This document shows positions 8,663 to 17,305 of a stretch of 42,702 nucleotides of DNA, piece by piece. Within the stretch, counting starts at the first letter, position 1, and every line of letters begins with the position of its first letter. The notes beneath the pieces are model-generated. The model searched no databases. It saw only the letters and a list, made by a program, of their open reading frames with translations, and was not told where the DNA came from. A program made the position numbers and the translations under genes. The DNA is from an uncultured Bacteriovoracaceae bacterium (lineage in GTDB: Bacteria > Bdellovibrionota > Bacteriovoracia > Bacteriovoracales > Bacteriovoracaceae), in contig CAXGUD010000032.1 in the NCBI GenBank assembly GCA_964012805.1, positions 1-42,702 on the forward strand. The letters run 5' to 3'.

Positions 8663-11600
8663 ATGGTTACCTATGATAAAAAAGTAAGTTCAATTTCTAA
8701 TTTAACAAAGTATACCTTTGCTTTTTTTACTTTTATTTTTTCCATATCATTTATTTTTCAATTTTTTTTATATGTAGAAAATGAGAAAAAAGAACTTATT
8801 TCTAAAGTTCACTTTTTTATTTCAGAAAACAAATCATATTATAAAAGTTCCTTAAAATTATTAGATGTTAAGAAATTAGAAACGGAATTAAATAAAATAC
8901 AAAATTTTTCCTTCATACAAAAAGTTGAATTAATAATAGATTATAAAAATAAAAAGATTCAATCAAAAAATGAATCAAAGAACAAACTAAACTTAATAGA
9001 GTATCTAATTCCAAGCACTGCCACTGAGCCTCTTTCAAGTTTTAACTTGAACTATGATGGTTACTTTAAGTTTTCTATAAAACCAGGTCATATTTATAAA
9101 AAAATAATACCTGATCTTCGATTAGAATTAATTGAACTTTTTAGCAAAGTTATATTTATTAATTTAATTATTTTAATTATTATAAGAAACTTTCTTTTAA
9201 ATCCGATTAAAACTCTCTCTGAAAACCTTCAAAGGATTGATTGGGTTAACCTCCTCAAAACGCATGCACTTTTCCCTTTAGAAAATGAAATTAGTGTTAT
9301 GAAGAATTTGTTTAATAATTTAATTGATGAGCTTAAAAACTATCAATTTATTTTAAACGAACAAAACTTTAGACTTGAGGAGCTTTCAGGCCAAAAAACT
9401 CATTTTTTCCAAAATATGTCTCATGAAATAAGAACTCCACTCACACTAATTCTTTCTCCCTTAGAAAATTTATCAGCTAGGTACAATGAAGAAAGTGATT
9501 TTAGAACAGCTTTTTTAAACTCAAAAAAACTTTATAGACTTGTTAATAACTTCCTGGAATTTCAAAAACTCATTGCCAATAAAAAAATATCAGACATGCA
9601 TCCTATTAATGTTGTTGAATTTATGAATAATTACTTTTCAATGTTTACTGATAATTACTACTTAAAAGGTATTGACTTAAAGATTAAAATACCAAGAGAA
9701 CTGGAAAATAAAGACATCTTTATTCAAGCGGAAATTGATTCTCTAGAAAAAATTATTTTTAACTTTTTATCCAACTCACTTAAATTTTCACCAAAAGGTT
9801 CCAAAATATTTTTTGGAATAGAGAAAAAAGATCAATCAATAAAAGTATTCGTCAAAGATAGTGGTGTTGGTATACCAGTCAATAAACAGAAAGAAATTTT
9901 TGAAACATACCCAAATGAAGATAAACAAAAAGCTGGATTTGGTCTTTCTCTCGCAAAAAAACTTACTGAAAACATGGGCGGTTCCATAGGTTTTGAAAGT
10001 AAAATTGGTCAAGGAAGTCGTTTTTGGATTGAATTTAAAGAGTTAAAAAATATAAAAGAAACAATAGACCTTCTTATTGTGGAAGACGAAGAAGACTGTG
10101 TTGAGTCACTAGAAATACTAATCGAAAAGTTATCGCATTGTCATGGCTATAAAGTAGCCAAAAACTCAGAGGAAGCAAGAGAGTTACTTAGCAAATTTAA
10201 TGTTAAATGTATAATCGCCGACTCCCAAATGCCAGGAGAAGAGGGTACTAGCTTTTTGGCCTTTGCTCATAAGACTCAACCTAAGGCAACGAGGCTTCTT
10301 GTTACAGGAAGGGCGGACGAGTTTATTATTCAAAAGGCAACTAACGAAGCTAAAGTTGACTTCATTATATTTAAACCTTGGGATGAAGATGATTTTATAA
10401 AAATCCTCAATAATTCACTGAAAAAACCTTTTGAACAAGTCAAGTTTCTATTTGATGACTGGCAAATAGCTGACGTTCTGAATACAGATGACGAATCAAA
10501 TAAAAAATATAATGAAGTTCTTGATGAAATTTTATTTTATAATTCAAAAACCATTCTTTTTTGTGATGATCAGAATGAAATGAGAGAATTAATAAACTTA
10601 AAGCTCAAACAAGTAGGTTATAATACCATCTGTAGAGCTAATGGTAAACTTGGTTTAGCTGCAACTTATAAACATAAGCCAGATATTATCATTACCAATT
10701 GGCTCATGCCTGAAATGAGTGGCCCAGAATTAATTATAAAAATAAAAGAAGATGAAAACTTAAAAAATATCCCCATTATACTCCTTACAGCAAAGACTAC
10801 TGAAGAATGCAGGTCCATAGGTCTTGACTTTGGAGCTGATGCTTTTATAGGAAAGCCATTTGACTTTAGAGAGCTTAAATCTATCATAAAAAACCTTTTA
10901 AAGGTAAGAGCAACCGAAAGAAACCTTATAAAAGCAAATAATGAACTCATGGAAAAACAAGAATCAATTAAAACATTAATGGATAACCTAGAAGAAGGTC
11001 TTTTTACTTTTAATGAAAAAGGAATTATTCAACCTGGTTTTTCAAAGTCAACGATCGATATTTTTAACTGTGATCCAAGTTTCTTATCTTTTAGCGAAGT
11101 TCTAAAATTTGATAACAATCAAAAAAGACAGTTTAAAAAATGGTGTCATCAAATATGGTCTGGAAAATATGATTTTTTTGATCTCGTAAACCTGGCACCG
11201 AAAGTTTATATGAAAGGCGAATGTATCATAGAGCTTGACTTCAAACCCATTTATAAATTTAGAAATCAAAAAAAAGTTGTCGACTCAGTCATTTGTATAG
11301 CAAGTGACAAAACACAAGAAGTAAACCTTGAAAAAAAGTCACAGGAAGAGAAAATGAAGGCAAGAATGCTTCTTCATATCATAAGAGATCCACATGGAAT
11401 AAGAAAACTTACCCGCTATGCTTTATCTCTTCTTAATATTTTTTCTAAAGAAATTAAAGCTGAATATGAAAAAATGGACTTAGAAAAAATGGCTAAAATT
11501 ATTTACTATCTACAAGTTAAATTTGCCAGTCACTCAATTCACTATATTTATGAAATAACTCAAAAACTTGATAAAGCCTTTTTCTTTCTTAAGAATCAAG

Positions 11601-12403
11601 GTCCGTCTGAAAAAGTCCTCACAAATATAACTGAAACGGTAAATGAACTTAAAGAAAATATTGAAATATTTATTGAAGAGCAGAACAGTCTTTTTTTAGA
11701 CGATGAAGTTAGTAAAAAAAATATACGACTTATAGACCTCAATAGAATTCAAGTTTTGGCAGAAAATTTAAAAACAGAATTAGGTGATGAGCATAACCTT
11801 TATCAAGAATTTAAAAATAAATTTTTCTTTGAACAAATTTCAAAAAGTTTCCAAAAGTATAAGGAAAAAATAGAAGAGCTCGGTCAAAGAAAAGAAAAGA
11901 AAATTGAGTTTCAAGTTAATCCAAGTAATATAAAAATTGATGTAAATAAGTTTTTGCCATTAATTAACTCATTTATTCATATCTTTAGAAACTCAATTGA
12001 CCACGGTATAGAAACACCAGAAGAAAGGCAAAAAATGGATAAGTCCTCAGTGGGAAATATAAATGTTTCCTTTTTTACGGAGAATATAGAAAATAAAAAT
12101 TTTTTAAAAATCGTGTCAAGAGATGATGGAAAAGGAATTGACCCAAATGATATTCGCCAAAAAGTACTGAAACTCAAGCTTATGTCTAATGAAGAAGTAA
12201 GAAACCTCTCAGATGAGGAAACCATCCAGCTTATCTTTCTTCCTCACTTTTCCACTCGAAATTTTGCGACAGAAACATCCGGCAGAGGCGTTGGAATGGA
12301 TGAGGTGAAACATCAAGTTACGTCTCTTGGTGGTAAAATTCATGTTTACTCAATTCCAAAGAAAGGAACAACTATAACAATATTAGTTCCACTGGTCTCA
12401 TAG
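8663..12403 (+). CDS. Membrane hybrid sensor kinase B (paralog of A): TM-sensor-TM-HAMP-HisKA-HATPase-REC-REC(D->N)-PAS-like-Hpt(H->Y)-CheA-type HATPase
   Basis: H-box NMSHEIRTPL; NFLSNSLKF, DSGVGI. REC motifs IADSQMP and ITNWLMP. CheA P4 motifs HIFRNSIDHGIE, DDGKGID, FST...SGRGVGMD. Confidence 0.92.
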   Translation: MVTYDKKVSSISNLTKYTFAFFTFIFSISFIFQFFLYVENEKKELISKVHFFISENKSYYKSSLKLLDVKKLETELNKIQNFSFIQKVELIIDYKNKKIQSKNESKNKLNLIEYLIPSTATEPLSSFNLNYDGYFKFSIKPGHIYKKIIPDLRLELIELFSKVIFINLIILIIIRNFLLNPIKTLSENLQRIDWVNLLKTHALFPLENEISVMKNLFNNLIDELKNYQFILNEQNFRLEELSGQKTHFFQNMSHEIRTPLTLILSPLENLSARYNEESDFRTAFLNSKKLYRLVNNFLEFQKLIANKKISDMHPINVVEFMNNYFSMFTDNYYLKGIDLKIKIPRELENKDIFIQAEIDSLEKIIFNFLSNSLKFSPKGSKIFFGIEKKDQSIKVFVKDSGVGIPVNKQKEIFETYPNEDKQKAGFGLSLAKKLTENMGGSIGFESKIGQGSRFWIEFKELKNIKETIDLLIVEDEEDCVESLEILIEKLSHCHGYKVAKNSEEARELLSKFNVKCIIADSQMPGEEGTSFLAFAHKTQPKATRLLVTGRADEFIIQKATNEAKVDFIIFKPWDEDDFIKILNNSLKKPFEQVKFLFDDWQIADVLNTDDESNKKYNEVLDEILFYNSKTILFCDDQNEMRELINLKLKQVGYNTICRANGKLGLAATYKHKPDIIITNWLMPEMSGPELIIKIKEDENLKNIPIILLTAKTTEECRSIGLDFGADAFIGKPFDFRELKSIIKNLLKVRATERNLIKANNELMEKQESIKTLMDNLEEGLFTFNEKGIIQPGFSKSTIDIFNCDPSFLSFSEVLKFDNNQKRQFKKWCHQIWSGKYDFFDLVNLAPKVYMKGECIIELDFKPIYKFRNQKKVVDSVICIASDKTQEVNLEKKSQEEKMKARMLLHIIRDPHGIRKLTRYALSLLNIFSKEIKAEYEKMDLEKMAKIIYYLQVKFASHSIHYIYEITQKLDKAFFFLKNQGPSEKVLTNITETVNELKENIEIFIEEQNSLFLDDEVSKKNIRLIDLNRIQVLAENLKTELGDEHNLYQEFKNKFFFEQISKSFQKYKEKIEELGQRKEKKIEFQVNPSNIKIDVNKFLPLINSFIHIFRNSIDHGIETPEERQKMDKSSVGNINVSFFTENIENKNFLKIVSRDDGKGIDPNDIRQKVLKLKLMSNEEVRNLSDEETIQLIFLPHFSTRNFATETSGRGVGMDEVKHQVTSLGGKIHVYSIPKKGTTITILVPLVS

Positions 12404-12423
12404 TTTTTAATTCCAGGATATTC

Positions 12424-13599
12424 TTAAGATAAGCTTCTTATCTCCTCAATATGAGAATGACTCCTTCGAAATTGGGAAATATTAAAGAGAGAAAATATAA
12501 AAGAAATTCCAAAGGGAACACAAAAAGAAATTAAAACGCCCTCTAATGTTACCTTAAAAGGTATTGTTCTATCTACAAAGTTTGCTGGCATAATTTGAAA
12601 GCTAAAATAATCCATAACTTTAATAAATGAAAAAGCCGCTGTTATCCCCAAGCAAACAGTTATAAAACTCATAACAATTAAAAAATACATAAAGGCTTTT
12701 TCCAACTTTAACTTTGAGGCTCCAAGTATCCAAAAACTTGCTAAATCTACTTTTATTTTACTTGTAAAAATATGCAAACCAGATGTGATACAAAGAGAAA
12801 CAAGACAAGTCATAACAACAAAAAGAAAAAGCATAACAGTATTTTCGAGTGCCAATGCATGAACTAAAGTTTTGTGCTGATCTTCCCAAGTAAGAATGCT
12901 GGCATTTTCCTCACCAAACTTTTTATTAATAAAAGTCTGTAAATTCTTTTTAGAAAAATCTCCATAGATTCTTATTCTATTTATCTCCCTCTTTCTAATT
13001 AAATTTTGTATCAAAGGAAGTCTAACCCAGATATGAAAAATATCTATCTCTGGAACATCGGTTACGATTATATCGTCAAGTACCACACTCACTTTTCTAG
13101 GTATATCACCAAAAAAGGAATCCACATGGGAAGGGGAAATCAAACTAACAGTATCACCCAATTGCATTTTAACCTTTCTAGAAAGGTCGAAAGGAGAAAT
13201 TAGCTCACGTAATTCCCTGCCCTTTAAAAAATCTGGAAGCTCTGAGTTTTTGACATCAAAAGCATGGATCAAAACGGGAGAAATATAATTTCCATTCCTA
13301 AGAAGCGCCTCAATTTCATACTCGCCCTGAAAATGAATTTTTGGCCAATTTAACCTTAGTTCACTTATAAGTTGAATAACTTCCTTATCGTCTCTTCTCT
13401 TAAGCCTTACAACACCATCACCCAGAACATTTTTTGAACGTGTTATCAACTTGTCTTGGAAACCACCCATACCACTTTGCAAGACAAGCAATGAGGCAGA
13501 TGAAATGAAAAGGCCTACCATGGCCAAAAAAAGCAATCTTTGCCTTGTCTTGGCCCTAAAAATATACCGGAGAAAATAACTAAAAAACGATTTATACAT
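12424..13599 (-). CDS. LolC/E-like ABC transporter permease (MacB/FtsX family)
   Basis: N-terminal TM followed by QSGMGGFQDKL, large periplasmic domain, TWEDQHKTLVHALALE, then three TMs with LGAS motif. Confidence 0.85.
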   Translation of the reverse strand: MYKSFFSYFLRYIFRAKTRQRLLFLAMVGLFISSASLLVLQSGMGGFQDKLITRSKNVLGDGVVRLKRRDDKEVIQLISELRLNWPKIHFQGEYEIEALLRNGNYISPVLIHAFDVKNSELPDFLKGRELRELISPFDLSRKVKMQLGDTVSLISPSHVDSFFGDIPRKVSVVLDDIIVTDVPEIDIFHIWVRLPLIQNLIRKREINRIRIYGDFSKKNLQTFINKKFGEENASILTWEDQHKTLVHALALENTVMLFLFVVMTCLVSLCITSGLHIFTSKIKVDLASFWILGASKLKLEKAFMYFLIVMSFITVCLGITAAFSFIKVMDYFSFQIMPANFVDRTIPFKVTLEGVLISFCVPFGISFIFSLFNISQFRRSHSHIEEIRSLS

Positions 13600-13643
13600 A
13601 ACCTAAAGATTTCCCAAACTTAATAAAACTTATACCACACTTT

Positions 13644-15773
13644 TTATTCGTAAAATTTCTTTTTATCGGCAACAAGTTTTTTTAGTGATGGTGAAGGATT
13701 ATACCTTTCATTATCCACACTTTTAGAAAAATCAATGAGGGCCTCCAAAATTCTTTCCAATCCTTCTTGATCTGCATATTTAAGTAGACCTCCTCTAAAA
13801 GGAGGAAAGCCTATTCCATAAATCAAAGCCAAGTCAACAGTTGAGGCATGTTCAACGATTTTGTCTTCTAAAATGAAAGCTGCTTCATTTATCATAGGAA
13901 GAAAAATACGCATTTGAATTTCAATTTCATCCATAGACTTGGTAGGAGAAGGAAGCGTTTTTAAAAAAGGCTCACTAAAGTCTATTTCAACCCCTTTTTC
14001 ATCATACTCATAAAAACCTTTAGAGCTTTTTCTTCCTTGGAATTGTGATGTCTTCCAATCATTCACAAGGCTTGAAGGCTTAATTCTACGATCCAACTTT
14101 GCTTCCAAGATAGAGGCGACGTTACTTACGACATTAAGACCTATTTCATCAAGTAGCCTTATAGGCCCCATTGGCATCCCGTAATTAAGACAAGCCTCCT
14201 CTATCAACTTTGGAGAAACTCCTTCGGCCAATAGGTGACCTACCTCATTTAAGTAGGGGGCCAAAACTCTATTGACAAGAAAGCCAGGACCATCCTTTAC
14301 AACAATAGGTGTTTTTTTTGCTTGAACACACCAATTGTGGAGGGATAAAACTGTTTCCTTTGAAGTTTTTTCATGGACGACAATCTCCACTAAGGGCATT
14401 TTAGGAACAGGGTTAAAAAAATGAAGTCCTGCAAACCTTTCTGGATTTTTTAACCCCTTTGCCATTTCACTAATACTCAAGGAAGACGTATTTGAGGCTA
14501 AGGTTGAATCAACCTTGACATGCTCCTCAAGCTGAACAAATAGCTTCTTTTTAACTTCTATGTCCTCTACAACAGACTCAACAATAAGGTCGCATAATCC
14601 CAAAGCTTTCATATCTGTTTGAGGCGTTATTGAGCTCTGAAGAATATGAAGCTCATCATAAGTCATCCTTTTTCTTTTAACTTGACTTAAAAAATACTGA
14701 GAAGATTGTTTAATTCCCGCCTCTAAAGCATCAAACGTTAAATCCACCAAGTGAGGATACATTTTATTTTTGGCCATCAGCCAGCAAATTCCTGCTCCCA
14801 TCGTCCCTGCACCTAAAACTGCACCTCTATTTAACTCTTTTGGCTTTTTCCCTGAAGCATAGCTTTTAGGAACCTTTTTAGAAACCTCATTTAAAAAAAA
14901 GAGGTGTTGTAAATTTTGACTCTGCCCACTTGAACACAACTCTCCAAAAGCTTGGGCCTCCATGGCCAAGTAACTGGATCTTCCCTTGGAAAACCCAGAC
15001 TCAATGACATCTAAAATTTTTAAGGGTGCCTGATAAAACCCTTTCGTTTTCCTTAAAACAGTCTCTCTTGCTTTTTGAAAAACAATTTTTCTGGCCAAAA
15101 AATTATCACTTGCCAGGTTTTCCAAAGACTCTTTAAATGATTTGCTTTTAGGCACTTCATCCAAAAGAATTCTGGCCATTTTCACGACCCTTTCCTTGGG
15201 AAAAATACCTTCTACCAGCCCTATTCTTTTCGCTTTTTTTGAATATATATTTTTACCAGTCAAAATGGCATCTAAAGCTTTTGGAAGACCAATTTTTCTT
15301 GGAAGTCTGAAGGTTCCACCAAAGCCAGGTATTAGCCCCAATTTCACTTCAGGGAGCCCTAAAAAAGTTGATTTACTATCAGACGCAATAATTCTATCGC
15401 AGCTTAGGGCAAGTTCAAGCCCTCCACCTAAACATAAGCCATGAACACAGCAAATAGTAGGAATCGACAAGTCTTCTATTTTATTAAAAAGACTTTGACC
15501 TTTTTCCGCACCTTCAGCCCCTTCACTTTCTGTCTTACAATCAGAAATAAGTTGAATATCCACACCTGCTAAAAAAGCTTTTTTATGGTGGGAAAAGAAA
15601 AGGGCTCCTCTAACGACACCTTCCTGATCTTTCTCTTTGACAAGATTAAGGGCCTCATCTAACTCTTTTAAGGTTTCTTTATCCAAAAGAGGTAGGGACT
15701 TATCACATTTGAGGCCTAGCCCCACCTCTGCAATCCCCTCAGTGACAGAGAAACTTATTTTTTGAAAATCCAA
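13644..15773 (-). CDS. fadJ: Fatty acid oxidation complex alpha subunit (enoyl-CoA hydratase / 3-hydroxyacyl-CoA dehydrogenase)
   Basis: GGGLELAL and PEVKLGLIPGFGG (crotonase domain); GAGTMG, SNTSSL, HFFNP, PGFLVNR and GFPPFRGG (HAD domain). Confidence 0.92.
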   Translation of the reverse strand: MDFQKISFSVTEGIAEVGLGLKCDKSLPLLDKETLKELDEALNLVKEKDQEGVVRGALFFSHHKKAFLAGVDIQLISDCKTESEGAEGAEKGQSLFNKIEDLSIPTICCVHGLCLGGGLELALSCDRIIASDSKSTFLGLPEVKLGLIPGFGGTFRLPRKIGLPKALDAILTGKNIYSKKAKRIGLVEGIFPKERVVKMARILLDEVPKSKSFKESLENLASDNFLARKIVFQKARETVLRKTKGFYQAPLKILDVIESGFSKGRSSYLAMEAQAFGELCSSGQSQNLQHLFFLNEVSKKVPKSYASGKKPKELNRGAVLGAGTMGAGICWLMAKNKMYPHLVDLTFDALEAGIKQSSQYFLSQVKRKRMTYDELHILQSSITPQTDMKALGLCDLIVESVVEDIEVKKKLFVQLEEHVKVDSTLASNTSSLSISEMAKGLKNPERFAGLHFFNPVPKMPLVEIVVHEKTSKETVLSLHNWCVQAKKTPIVVKDGPGFLVNRVLAPYLNEVGHLLAEGVSPKLIEEACLNYGMPMGPIRLLDEIGLNVVSNVASILEAKLDRRIKPSSLVNDWKTSQFQGRKSSKGFYEYDEKGVEIDFSEPFLKTLPSPTKSMDEIEIQMRIFLPMINEAAFILEDKIVEHASTVDLALIYGIGFPPFRGGLLKYADQEGLERILEALIDFSKSVDNERYNPSPSLKKLVADKKKFYE

Positions 15774-15809
15774 TGGACTCCTCCCTCAAATAAAAAAGGT
15801 CTACCCTCA

Positions 15810-17105
15810 CTATAAACGCAAGTTTTCAATCAATAGGGCACCCCCTTGACCTCCTCCGACACAAAGGCTTGCAAGACCGTAACGCCCTTTTCTTCTTTTT
15901 AATTCGTGGGAAAGTGTGACAACAATTCTTGAACCAGAAGACCCCACAGGATGCCCTAAAGCGATTCCGCCTCCGTTAACATTAAGCTTTTCATAGGGAA
16001 TTCTTCCCCAAGCCTTTTTCAATCCATAAGCCTTAGCAATCTTTTCATCCTCAAGTCCTTTCAAAACACAAAGAACCTGAGCCGCAAAAGCTTCATTTAT
16101 TTCAAATAAATCAATATCATCCAGTTTCAACTTATTCCGCCTAAGTATTTGATCAATAGCAGAAAGAGGTCCCATCCCCATTCTCTCAGGACTTAAGCCC
16201 GTAAAAGAGAAATCTACAACTCGGGTCATGGGATCAATTTTAAACTTTTTAACTGCGTCAGCACTTGCTAAAAGGCAAAGAGATCCACCATCAGTTACCG
16301 AGCAACTATTTCCAACCGTAACGGTTCCAGACTTTTTCTCAAAATGAGGTTTCAACTTCAGCAGGGAATCTACAGTGGAGTTCCTTCTTGGGCCAATATC
16401 TGTCCGTAATAACTTATCTCTTTTTTGCCCTACCAAAACAGGCACAATTTCATCGAAAAAGACTCCCTCTTCAGTCGCCTTCAAGGCCAACGAGTGGGAC
16501 CGGTTAGCAAAAGTATCTTGCTCCTCTCTGGAAATATTGTGCTCTCTCGCCAACAGCTCTGCTGTCTGACCCATGTTAAGATGACAAAAAGGATCAGTTA
16601 GCCCTTGCTCCAATGCGATAATCGGTGAAAGATGAGGTGGCCTAAATTGTGTGAGAGCTTTAATCTTTTCACTCAAACCTTGCGATTTATTCACTCGAAT
16701 AAAAAGCTCAGACATCTCTTTACTGTATATAAGGGGCATTTGACTCATATTCTCCACGCCACCGGCAAGAATAAGGTGAAACCGAGACCCTTGGATTTTC
16801 AAAAAGCCTTGAGAAATTGCTTCCATGCCAGAAGCGCAGTTTCGATGGACTGTATATGCACTCACGGAAGGGTCTAGACCTGCCATCAGCGCCATAACTC
16901 TTGCTACGTTAGCATACTGAGGTGGAGCGCCAGTATTTCCTATAATTACCTCATCAACACTCATTTCATCAATGCTGTTAAGGCCTAGAAGGCAACGTAA
17001 TAAAGGTAACCCCATAAACGGAGCTGAAACGTCCTTCAAATCGAAACCAGATTTTACTTGGGGAGTTCTTTTTCCTTCCACCAAGAAGACCTCTTGATTT
17101 GACAC
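15810..17105 (-). CDS. fadI: 3-ketoacyl-CoA thiolase
   Basis: NCASG, EINEAFA, GHPVGSSG and LCVGGGQG catalytic motifs; directly upstream of fadJ. Confidence 0.92.
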   Translation of the reverse strand: MSNQEVFLVEGKRTPQVKSGFDLKDVSAPFMGLPLLRCLLGLNSIDEMSVDEVIIGNTGAPPQYANVARVMALMAGLDPSVSAYTVHRNCASGMEAISQGFLKIQGSRFHLILAGGVENMSQMPLIYSKEMSELFIRVNKSQGLSEKIKALTQFRPPHLSPIIALEQGLTDPFCHLNMGQTAELLAREHNISREEQDTFANRSHSLALKATEEGVFFDEIVPVLVGQKRDKLLRTDIGPRRNSTVDSLLKLKPHFEKKSGTVTVGNSCSVTDGGSLCLLASADAVKKFKIDPMTRVVDFSFTGLSPERMGMGPLSAIDQILRRNKLKLDDIDLFEINEAFAAQVLCVLKGLEDEKIAKAYGLKKAWGRIPYEKLNVNGGGIALGHPVGSSGSRIVVTLSHELKRRKGRYGLASLCVGGGQGGALLIENLRL

Positions 17106-17208
17106 TCTTATTCTCCCTTGAAGCTAACTTTAAGTTAAGTCACAACCGAGTCCGAGTTCATTATATTAGAAGAAAAAAAAATAAATTAAAAGTCTTGGGG
17201 CATATGAT

Positions 17209-17239
17209 AAAAAAGCCTCCCTGAAAGGGAGGCTTTTTT
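17209..17239 (-). terminator. Intrinsic terminator (symmetric A/T tails)
   Basis: AAAAAA-GCCTCCC-TGAAA-GGGAGGC-TTTTTT downstream of the gene at 17306-18511. Confidence 0.88.
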
Positions 17240-17305
17240 AAGGGGAATTTGTATTTTATGCTTTTTAAATCTCTTTTAAAACTATGCAGCTCGCTTTAGC
17301 AATTA

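Noticed and set aside
2796..16877. Short antisense or alternate-frame ORFs inside tex, the kinases, lolC/E and the fad genes
   Set aside because: They lie entirely within well-supported genes and have no motifs or SD; shadow ORFs.
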